A DNA stretch of 64,000 nucleotides from Psilocybe cubensis (taxonomy: Eukaryota): the NCBI GenBank assembly GCA_017499595.2, contig CM039001.1:3100001-3164000 (forward strand), in the 5' to 3' direction. Made by a program: the position numbers and the translations under genes. The notes under the pieces are model-generated. The model had not been told where the DNA came from and searched no databases. It saw only the letters and a list, made by a program, of their open reading frames with translations. Numbering within the stretch: position 1 is the stretch's first letter; the number at the start of each line of letters is the position of its first letter. Of this stretch, positions 26,999 through 37,573 are shown piece by piece.

Positions 26999-29733
26999 AT
27001 TTTTGCGTTTATTCCGGTGTGTTGGAAAAAAAGGCTTTTTTGAGTTGTGATATACCCTACCTACCTTCCAGGCCGACGAAGGCCTCTGTTGCGCGAAGCG
27101 AAGCGCGGTATGGATGGAAGGTGGCACCCTCTTTGATCCTACATCATCGTGCATCTGCTTCTGCACGCTGTTCCTGTTGATTTGATTGAAGGATTCTAAA
27201 GGGCGTGATGGACGGGCGTGTTCTTGCCTCTTACTAGTATCTATCTTTGTGGTGTACGTTCTTGAACACTTAGAGGCGAAAAATCGAAATCGCACTGTTC
27301 GTTCGCAATGTGGAATTGTTGTCCTCATGATCATCCTCTTTTACGGGATATTTTTTTTCTTTTTGCTATGGCGCGTCTTTAGGCTCTTTTTGATGGATGT
27401 CCCGCACGCTTTTTTAAACAAACTAGCCGCTGACCCGTGCTTCGCACGGTGATAGTGACTTATCCAGCCATTTAAGTAGCGAAGTAAACTCACTTGGCCA
27501 TGCACAAACATTCCCTTTTTTTTCCAATTCCCAAAGAGTTGACATTTTTTTGTCATCTGCTCACGGAAAACCTGTTAGGTAAGGGTTGCTTGCACCACTC
27601 GGTCGTTTTCTGTTTTACAAGCAGTCTGGAGAAGAGGGGTTGGTCAGATACGATGCAAATGAGGAAATACAGGCGTTCATATACGCACCATAATTGAGCA
27701 AGTTGCAGGTAATAAATTCTGTCACGGTACACAATTTACTGCCGGCACGCCCTACTAGTAAAACCTACAAATCCAGTGGAAGATTAATATTCTTGTCATT
27801 ACTACTGTACAGTGTACATACATAAGTATAAGTCTGCTTGAGTTTCCACAGACACAAAGTAAATACACTGGCACTGGCAGAAGGCTGGTGTTGCTTTTGC
27901 TTTTCTGCACAACCATGGTCAAGTTTGACACCTGAGGACGAGGTGGTGACGGTGACTTTTTAGCAGTGGTCCCTTTTACACCAACTTGAATGATATCATG
28001 ATCAAGAATTTTCCTCAAATATGGTTTAGAACAAAGTATTTCATTAGACTTCTAGAGCAGGGCTAGGAATTGATTGATGGGGATGCGACACAAAACACCT
28101 TTTGTAATAATATAAGTTTGTGCATAAACCTCCGAAAAAACACACTTTGCACTAGTATTAACCCTATAATAGTTTGATGGAGAGAGTAGAATTATCTCAA
28201 GTCGTATATACCACATTCTAGCATTCGAGAGACCAAGACCAAGACTCGATGGGGAAACAAAGATAGTAGGTGATCATGAGAGAGAGAACGATAATAACGC
28301 GTGTGGAAGCCACACGCGTAGGTTAACAGCGGGCGTAGACTAAGAAAAAGAAAGAAGAAGAGTTGTATGGAATATTAATGCAACGTGTGGCATCCTTGAT
28401 TCCTGTATTTTTGGTACCTTGTTTGTAAATTTGATGATGGTTGCCTGGTTCGACGTTTGATGTTTGACGTTTGAATGTTTGAACTTTTAGGAGTCTGTGG
28501 TCATGTCGTTTGCTTGAAAGGTGGTTTGGCAGTGCGCACCGACCCGTCGGTGGGAACCTTGTCATGGGCGGGCGCGAGCGAGCGAGACGAGACGAGACGA
28601 GGCGGGCGAATGGATGCGTTTAATCGAGGAGGAGGTGAAGGAGGTGGATGTGAGCGCTGTAAATCTCCAAACTTCAAACTTCAAACTTCAAAAAGTCGAA
28701 CAACATTCTAACAGTATTCCTTATTCCTTCCGAAATATAACCCTTGAACCTGTCTACTCTAATCTTATCTTCTTACCTGTTCCTCGAGTGCTGAGCGATG
28801 AGCGCTGGCCAGCCTCCGGGACCCCCCGTTTTTGTGGGTGGGATTGGGTGCTATGAGCTGTGGACCTGTGACGTGTGGCGGCGATTCCGAGCAGAGACGG
28901 AGAAGAATGCCAGTGTAGATGTCTAGACGACTACAGAAAGGAAGAATGAGATTTGAACGTGGGTTGATACAATGGTGGTTGATTAGACTGCGGTGCACCC
29001 GGTGCGAGTGTGGTTGGTGTTGAATTTGATTTGAGCACCTTGAACGATGTAAGTGTTGAGTAGAGATAGTGGAACTGATTGTGGGCTCCAGGAAAGTGTC
29101 GAGATGCCGAGAACACGTAGAGGAGGGACGAAGTAGATAGGTATATAAAAGAAAGGATGCTGAAGAAGATGCTTTTTGGAACTGTCACCCGTGGAGGGTA
29201 TACCTAGAGAGGAAGTGGAAGAGAGAGAGAGGGAGCAAAGCGCTGGTGCACTGACAGGGTAGGCAGTAGTACTATTGGACCCTCGAGCAGCGAAAAGTCA
29301 GAGCCTCAGGCCTTCAGGCCCCATCCGGAAGATCGCAGCCAAATGGCACTGATGCAGGAGACGTAGTATATACTGATAAACGCAATAGGACTGAGGGGAA
29401 GGGGAAAAGAGAAAGAAAACCGCGACAGTCCCTGTGTGTTCATATAACTACCCCATCGAGCCATTTTTGCGATATATGAGGATGGGTCACGATCCATTGA
29501 AGGGAAGATGAAGGATAACGGTAAAGGTGAGTGGGTTAGGGTAGGGTAAAAGGAGGTTTGACTGTGCGTGACCTGACCCCTGGAATGACGTCAGCACCGA
29601 ATTCGAAAGAGGGAATGTGTTTTCCGAGCGTGTCTTGGCGCACTAGTCCTAGGCTCAACTGTAGACGGCCACCACGCCCCGCGCTTCGTGCGCCCAACTC
29701 GCTACTCGGCTCCAACGTTGCCAACTCTCATCG

Positions 29734-32700
29734 ATGCCAGCGAAAACGAAACCGACCCTCGTACAGACGCTGCTCAACCGCCCGTCCCAGTCGTACGCGA
29801 CGCAGATACAGGCCGAGTCTGGACCCAAGAAGGAGTATTACTCGACAAAGCAGGAGATGCTGCGTATCGCCGCCGCTGCCGCCCGGGAGGCTGCTGATGG
29901 TGGTGATGGTCAGCTACAGCGAGTGCACGGACGCAGGCGAGAACGAGGCAAAGAAGACTTTGAATCGTCTTCCAGTATGAGTACAAGCACGCGGATGAGC
30001 GAAAACGACCGGGTACGTCAAAGAGCGCTTTTCCCATGGATCGATTTAAATTATTTATATTGTTTTTACAATTCTTTTCTACCTTGTTGCTATTTGGAAC
30101 TAAACCAACTTGCAACTCTCTTGTTCATCGTAGATATCAGCCGCCTTTCATCCCCCTTCGTCAACCTCAACTTCAACGTTATCATCACACACACTGGCGA
30201 AACCACTCTACAGGTCCACAGGACCTCCACCTCCACCCCGCCACCACCACCAAAACCACCACCACGAGGTCGACGACGACGAGGAGGGAGACGTGGACTC
30301 GGACCTCGAAGAGGTCTTTTTCACACCCAACACCTCCCCGCGCACATCCATGGCCTCCTCCGTCGCCACACTCACCTTCCCCTCCCTATCCGCCCGCAAG
30401 CCAAGCCGCAGATCACTCACAGCCGCCAGGGACTCGCACTCGCACTCGCACCTGCCACTCCAGCTCCCTGTAGATGCTCCCAGTGCCAGTGACAGTGCTG
30501 GTGTTAATCCTACACCGCACACTACCAAAACGCCACAGGCGTCTCTGCCTCAAGGCCCGCACGCGGCAGTCCCCTCCACCCGCACCCCCTCCTCCTCCTC
30601 CATCTCCCGCGCGCGCCATGCACACGTGTTATCCACCGCATCGACGTCGACGATGTCCGTGTCCTCGACGAGTCTCGATGCCCACTCCGTCTTTTCGGGG
30701 TTTGTGGATTCGGAAGAGTCGACGGTGACGGTGCTTACGAGTCCTTATCAGAGTGATGAAATGGGGAGTGGGAGTGGGGGTAGGGGGAAGGGCAGGGCGG
30801 GCGTGCCTGTGCCTGTGCCTGCGACGGCGACGATGATAAAGGGCGATAGAGGTGGTACTGCGGGCGCGAGTGGGACTGCGACTGCGACGGCTACGAACGG
30901 GCGGGCACGAGGCTACGCGCATCAACACGTTGAGCCGGATAAGGATAATGCAAAGGGAAAGGTCAAGGCAAAAGAAGTAGAAAGAGAACGAGCAAAGGAA
31001 GTGGAAAACAAAGAAAGGGAAGCGAGAAAGACGACGCAGCCTGATGCGGCGCGATCGCGCGCGAATCCGTCTACCAGCGCCATAGCCAACGCTTCCAACT
31101 CTAAGCAACAAGCGGGTGCACCGAGCGCGTGGGCGGAGCGGTCGGCTAAGATCGCTGCTGCTGCTGCTGCTGCGTCGAAAGCGGGTGCGGGTGCAGGTAA
31201 AGTGGATGCGGGTGCGGGTAAAGTGGACGTGAAGCGGACAACGAGCTCGGGGAGTGCGAGTCGGGATGCGAATGCGAAGGGGAAAGAGAGAGAGCGCGAA
31301 CGCGAGCGGGAGAGGGAGAAGGAGAGGGAGAGGGAGAAGAAAGGTGTTGGCGCTGGCGCTGGCGCTCCTCGTGTATCTTCCCAAAGTCAAAGTCATGCCC
31401 AAAATCAAAGTCAAGCGCCGCAAACACCTACGCAGACACCTACGCAGACACCTACGCATCGCTCATCACAACCGCCGTCCACATCGACGTCGACATTGAA
31501 TCAAAGTGTACCATCGACGAAAACGTACCCCGGTTCTCCTTCCTCTCCTTCCTCTGCTTCTCCTTATTCACCTTCACCTTATTCACCTTCTCCTTCTCAG
31601 TCGGCTTCATTGTCTTCGACAACGACGCCGACGACGACGAAGAAGCAACCACATACGTTTTCGGCGTTCGCTGCGCTTCCTGCGTCTTCTCCGGTGTCGG
31701 GGTCGGGATCAGCGTTGGGGTCGGGGTTGGGGTCGAGTTCTACAAAAGGCGCTGGGAAGACGAATGGGCATGCGTCTGCTGGTGGTGTTGGTGGACCTTC
31801 AACCCCTTCGTCGGGATCGAAATCGGCGTCGAAGGTTAATGGACACGCAGATGCGAATGGAGATGTAAACGCAGCGGTACCCTCTTCTTCTGCTGGTGCT
31901 GGTGCTGCGCCGTCTTCGGCGGCGGCGGCGGCGGCGGCGGCGCGGTCGTCGTCTGGTAAAGCTGTGTCTCCTGTGCCGACTTCGAGTTCGGCTTCAACGG
32001 CGACTTCGACGGCGACTTCGAGTGCAACGCGCCAGCAACAAACTCAAAAACAACCCCAATCTCAACCCCAGTCTCAACAACCCCAACAGCAGCCTCGGCC
32101 CCAACAGCGCAAAAAACCAGCGGTATATAAACCCCCACCGAGCACTATGCTAGGCATGGACGCGTTGCTTGAGGAAGACGAGGACGAGGACGCGGATGCC
32201 GGCTTCGACGCGTACGCTTATAATGGGAACGCTTATAATGGGAACGCGGAGCGAGGGGAGGGGGAGGGGCGGTATGAATGGAGTCCTAGTTGGGATGAGG
32301 GGTTAGGTGCTGGTGTGGGAGTGGGCACAGGAGGAGGGGGAGGGGGAGGGGGGAAGACGTTAAGGCATACGCGCGGGCGGACGGCGCAGGGACATGGGCA
32401 GGGACGGGACGCGTCGTCTTCGTCTTCATCTGCGTCTTCGCATTCGAATTCCCAATCTACCGCAACAGCACGGCACCCAAAAACCCAAACCCAAACGCCC
32501 AAAACCCAAACTCAAACGCAAACGCAAACGCAAACACAAACACAAACGCCAAAAACGCTCTCCGACGAAGTCCAAGCTTTGCACACGAGCTTCGGGCCGC
32601 CAGGCGGGGACAGACCGAGTTATGGGACGCAGGGGTACAGCGCGCTCGTGCTCCCGCGCGCACCTGCGCCTTTATCGCTTTCCCTTGCCCATCTGGGCGA

Positions 32701-35661
32701 TGACGGCGGTGGTGGGGGTAACGCGTTTTTAGGCAACGGGCGTGGGCACACGAACGGACTTGGTCTGGGACATGGATGGAGGAACGGACACAGACACGCA
32801 ACACTAAAACCGCTCTCCCTAAAAACACTAACCACACTCGCGCTCTCGCCCGAAGGACGCGTGGATCTGACGCAGAGCGGGCTGGCGAGTGGGACGATGG
32901 CGAGTGTGGAGGTTGTTAGGGGGTTGGCGAGAGCTAGAGCGGGTGGTGGGGTTGGAGGGGTGGGGGGTGTTTTGGGGTTTATTAGGAGGCGGGCTGGGTC
33001 GGGCGCGGGGGTGGGGGTGGGGAGGAGCCGCGCAGCTAGTGTTGGTGTTGGCGCTGGTGGTATAGCTGCGAACGCGAACGCGAATCCAAACGCGAACGGC
33101 GCGATCCCAAGCACAAGCACGATGACAAGCCCACTAAGCTTCACATCCTACCGCGCCCCGCCAAACTATGTGCCGAGCGGAAGCGTGCTTGTGCAGGTGT
33201 GGGCGGTGGGCGTGGATGGAGTGGATGGGCGGCTTGTTGGGGTGCGGTTTGGTGCGGGTGGAGGAGGAGGTGGGGGTGGGGGTGGTGGGGGTGGTGGTGG
33301 TGGAAGAGGAGGAGGTGCGGGTGCGGGTGGTGGTGAAGGAGGTGTGGTGCAGGATGAGGGAGAGGAGACGGAGCAAGAAACGGAGATGGAGACGGAGACG
33401 GAGGAAAGACGCGCTGGCGAGACGGAGGCAGAGGCAGAGGCAGAGCCTGATACGGAGGAGGAGACGGAGGAGGCGCAGTATTATTCCACTCCACCGCCTA
33501 TGACCCAGCCGCAGAAGAAAGGCGGCTTCGCGGCGCTTGGGAGGTCGTTGAGTTTGCGTTTGTCGCGCGGGAATGGGAACGGGAACGGGACGGTGAAGCA
33601 GCAGAAGGACAAGGAGAAGGAGAAACCGAAGAGGTCTGCGTCGGCTGTTGTTGGTGCTTTGCGCGCGGGCGGTAATAATGCGAGTGCGAGTGCGGGTGCG
33701 AGTGCGGGTGCGAATGGGAGCGCGACGATGCGTGGGCAGTCTGAGCCGCCGCAGACGCCTCCGCGGCATAAAGACGGCGCGGGTGGTGGTGGTGGTGGGC
33801 ATAAGCGCTCGTTGTCGTTCTCCCTCAAGCGGGGTACTGGCAACGCAGCGTCGTTATCGTCTCCTGCGTCTGGGAAGTCTCAGGACCAACAAGGGCAAAA
33901 GAAAAACATACTGAAAAAAGAGAAAACCCGACTTAAGAGAGCCCAGACGGTGAAAGCGGAGGTGGGGTATATACCTGGGAGAAGCTTTGTGGGGCGGGTG
34001 TTGGAGTGTGGGTGGGAGGTGCGGGATGAGGTTGTGAGGAAGGGTGAGTGGGTTGTTGGGTTGTTGGATGTTAGGAAGGTGGGTGGTTTTTTCTCTTCTG
34101 TTTTTCGTGGTTTCGGTTTTGGTTTGGGTTTTTGGTTTGGGGTTTGGGGGTTTTGGTTTTGTGGTTTCGTGGGTGTGGGCACTGCGCTGCGCGTTTTTTC
34201 CACTGTGGGAGTTAGCTGGGAAGGGATGTGAGGGTGTTGGATGTTCTAGGTTGCGTTGGCATGGTGCTTTCTTTCATATATTTTTTTTCAAAGGCAATTT
34301 CAAGTCCTTTCATTACGTGTTGTCGCCCTTCCCTGTCACTTTTTATCTTTAGACTTTACTCATGACGTTTTCGCGTTCTCTCTTTTTTTTCTGAATGACA
34401 GGCTGGCGCGCTGGCAGAGTTTATCGTCGTCGATCGTCGGCGTATCCATAGGGTGCCGCAGCCTAGCGGTGCGGGCGAGGATGGTCGACCCATGTGGGCC
34501 CCCGCGGCAAGTTCGTCACCGACGACGATCCCGCTGTCGCTTGAGGAGCTCGCGCTGTTGCCGCTGTGTGGGCTCCCTGCGTATCGCGCCGTGCGCACGT
34601 TTTTGTATGCGTTTTCGTCTGCTAGAGATCGGGAGGGGCTCTCGGCGCCTTCCGCCGCGCTCGACTTTGTCGGCAATGGGAATGGGAACGGGCACACGAA
34701 CAACAGCGCCATGCGCCCGCCCCTTTCACCTCACAACTCATCCACGCGGCGCGGCACACTACCCGAACACGACGCAGACAGACGGCGCCGCGTGCTCGTT
34801 CTGCGCGGGCACGACGGGGCCGGGGCGATGGCGGTGCAGATGCTCGCTGCGCGCGGGTGGCGGGTGAGCGTGCATGTGCCGTGCTCGGCGATGCCCGTGC
34901 GTGCAAGGGTGGACGGGGCGGTTGTGGACCGGTTTATGCAGGTTACGGAGGAGAGGGCGAGGGTGTGGGGTGCGGATGAGATTATACATGATGATGGTGC
35001 GCCTGGGGGCGCTGGTGCTGATGTGGGTGTGGGAGGGGGGTATGGTGAGGGGTATGGGGATGGGGACGGGGATGATGGGAGTGCGGCGGCTGTGAGATTG
35101 ATGGAGATGATTAGAGAGGAGGGAGATGTGTTTGATGCTGTACTTGATACGATTGGCGGGCGCGAGGTGAGAGAGGCGGCGGAGAGGCTTTTAAGGTCCC
35201 CTGGTGGGAGGAGGGATCATGGGCAGTTTACGACGCTCGTTGGGGATGCGCCGCATCGCGTTGTGCCGAGCGCGGGCGATAATTTTAGGGCGGGGTTGCG
35301 TGCGCTGAGAGTTGGCGGTGCGGGTGCGGCGGTGGATTCGGTGGGTGGTGGTGGTGTTGATGAAAGCGCCGGTGGAGGAGGTAAAGTGGGCTATGCGTGG
35401 ATAAGCGTCGCGCAGGATGTGGATTGGGAAGGCGTAGATGTGGGCGAGACGCTGGGTACTGTTGTGAGGCTTGCGATGGAGGAGGGTCTGAGGCCTGTTT
35501 TGGACGATATGGAGTATGATGCCGAGGATGCGGGGGTAGGGGTAGGGGTAGGGGTAGGAGCGGGATCGCGGGCGGTGCGGTTCGAGGATGCGCCGGGGGT
35601 GTTTGTGGATGATGGACCGTTGCGCGATGGCGGGACGGTTGTTGTGCGCGTTGCGGTGTGA
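29734..35661 (+). CDS. ~1800-aa protein: very long low-complexity N-terminus plus MDR/quinone-reductase-like (GroES + Rossmann) domain
   Basis: Exons 29734-30012, 30134-34078 and 34402-35661 join in frame. Motifs VLVQVWAVGVDGVD, GYIPGRSFVGRV, GALAEFIVV, LPLCGLPAY, RVLVLRGHDGAGAMAVQML and FDAVLDTIGG. Confidence 0.75.
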
Positions 35662-35924
35662 TGTTGAGGTGTGGGCGCGACGGCGGAGGCAGTTGTCGTT
35701 TCTGTTTTTTGCTTTTTTGTTTTGGCTTTTTGCGTTTGCGTTTGCGTTTGCTTGTTGCGTTTGTTTTTTGCTTGCAGGCGTCGGCGCCTTTACAGATGCG
35801 ATGCGAGTACAACACACACACACATACGCCTACTACCCTCCGTGCACATACCATATACCACATACCAACCACCGCTATATCCGTCTATATGTACTCGACA
35901 TCGACTATATCCAACATCTGTGCG

Positions 35925-36400
35925 TCGTCGTCATCGTCATCGTCATCGTCATCGTCAGTATCACCACTACCTATTGCATATCGCGTACAGGTTCACGCCA
36001 CGCCACATATCCCGCATATCTCATACCACATACCACATCGCATATCGCACATCGCATATCACATATCACATATCACATACCTACCTAGACGCCTCCTCCT
36101 CCTCCTACACACGCACACACGCAGTGTTTTACCATTTTGTATTTTACATTATCTTTCTTGTGCTTTTATGTGATTTCGCTGCTGTTGTTGTATGTACTAC
36201 TTCTACTTCTATTTCTACTCCTCCTTCTACGCCTACTTCTACGCCTACGCCTACTTCTACTTCTACGCCTACGCCTACTTCTACTTCTACGCCTACGCCT
36301 ACCCCTGCTACATGCTACCCATGTCTACTGTCTACTGTTTACTGTCTACTGTTTACTGGCTACCGTCTACTGGCTACCGTCTACCTATCCGCCTGCCTAT
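35925..36400. repeat. Compound microsatellite block: (CATCGT)n, (CACATAT)n, (CCTACG/CTTCTA)n, (CTACTGT)n
   Basis: Directly visible simple repeats in the 3' region of the MDR-like gene. Confidence 0.9.
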
Positions 36401-37403
36401 CCGCCCTCTGGGTTATAGGGTATATCGCTTTTTCATAGTTAGGTTATTAGGGTTCGAAATGTTTTTGTAGATCTTGTAGATCGTTGTATGTGTATCTATC
36501 AGTGTTGTGTTCGTTAATATATATTGTTATTGATATTGTTCTGTGGACTTGGATTCGGATTTGGATTTGGATTGGATATTTCGAATATTTCGAAGACTTG
36601 GTATCATTGATTCGGAGTTGAAGACTAACACTCTAAGTACTGGATTCCATACGCTAAGTTCGTTGATGCCGTGGTTCAATTTTGGAATAGCGCTGATGGC
36701 ACTGATTCAGCATTGACAGCCGAAATATGCCAGAGGGTAACGTCATGACCGCTATGAACAGTCACTAACCGTCACTAACCGTCATTAACAGTCACTAACC
36801 GTTTCTGACTTTGATGGTAACTGGTAACCGTGACTTTTATGACCGTTATCCATGGATCCATGGGCTGACCGCCCACCACTGGGTGAAGTAGTCACGGTGT
36901 CTTGTCAATGTTTACTTAGAGCACTGTGGAGGGGAGTAGAGGAGCAACAACGAATTGATTGTCTCGTTGGCTAAACAATGTACATTGGTACAACTAAAAG
37001 TGGTAATAATACAAGAACGCATTAAGTTCGCGTTGAAGAAGGTCGAAGGTCGAAGGTTTAGGTCGAAGTGTTGATGTATTTGAGTTATGTAGTTTCAAGT
37101 TAGGTGGGTGGATGGGATAATAGGAATAAAAATAAGGGGGGGATTTGAAGGTCGAAGGTCGAAGGTTTGTTTGAGATTTGAGATTTGAGATTTTTTTAGG
37201 TTGGTTAGGTTGGGACTCGGATGTGTGGTGTCTACATCCAAATAGTCATCAATAATTAAGATCAACGAGGAGATAAAACAGCACGAGAGGATAAGGATGG
37301 AAGGAAGTGGAACTGGACCTGGAACTGGACTCACTTTAATAACTTTTTTAATGATCAACCGGTACATCGACATCGAATGAAAGTGAGAGCGATGAACTCG
37401 GAC

Positions 37404-37496
37404 TTAGGCAACGACGCAGTAGGCGTTCCCGCCAGTCCCGCCGGTCTCCTCGTTGGTGGGGACGTCGATGGGGGTGAGTGTGATGAAGGTATCCAT
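37404..37496 (-). CDS. Pheromone or pheromone-like lipopeptide precursor MDTFITLTPIDVPTNEETGGTGGNAYCVVA*
   Basis: 30-codon ORF with an MDxF start, a P-x-N-E-E charged dipeptide, a Gly-rich mature region, an aromatic residue before Cys, and CaaX (CVVA) directly before the stop. TATAAAA lies ~70 nt upstream. Confidence 0.88.
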   Translation of the reverse strand: MDTFITLTPIDVPTNEETGGTGGNAYCVVA

Positions 37497-37566
37497 TTGA
37501 GTTTGTGTGTGTGGGTGGTTTGGTTTAGTCTGGGTGACTGGAGAAGAGGGAGGGAGGGGAGGGGGG

Positions 37567-37573
37567 TTTTATA
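37567..37573 (-). promoter_or_regulatory. TATA box of the pheromone precursor gene
   Basis: TATAAAA on the minus strand, followed by a C/A-rich leader ending in AAA-ATG. Confidence 0.6.

Noticed and set aside
28610-28711. Small ORF starting MDAF, a possible second pheromone
   Set aside because: Ends SRTTF* with no CaaX and runs through simple repeats.
35588-36470. Several long ORFs downstream of the MDR-like gene
   Set aside because: They are translations of microsatellites with no coding signature.
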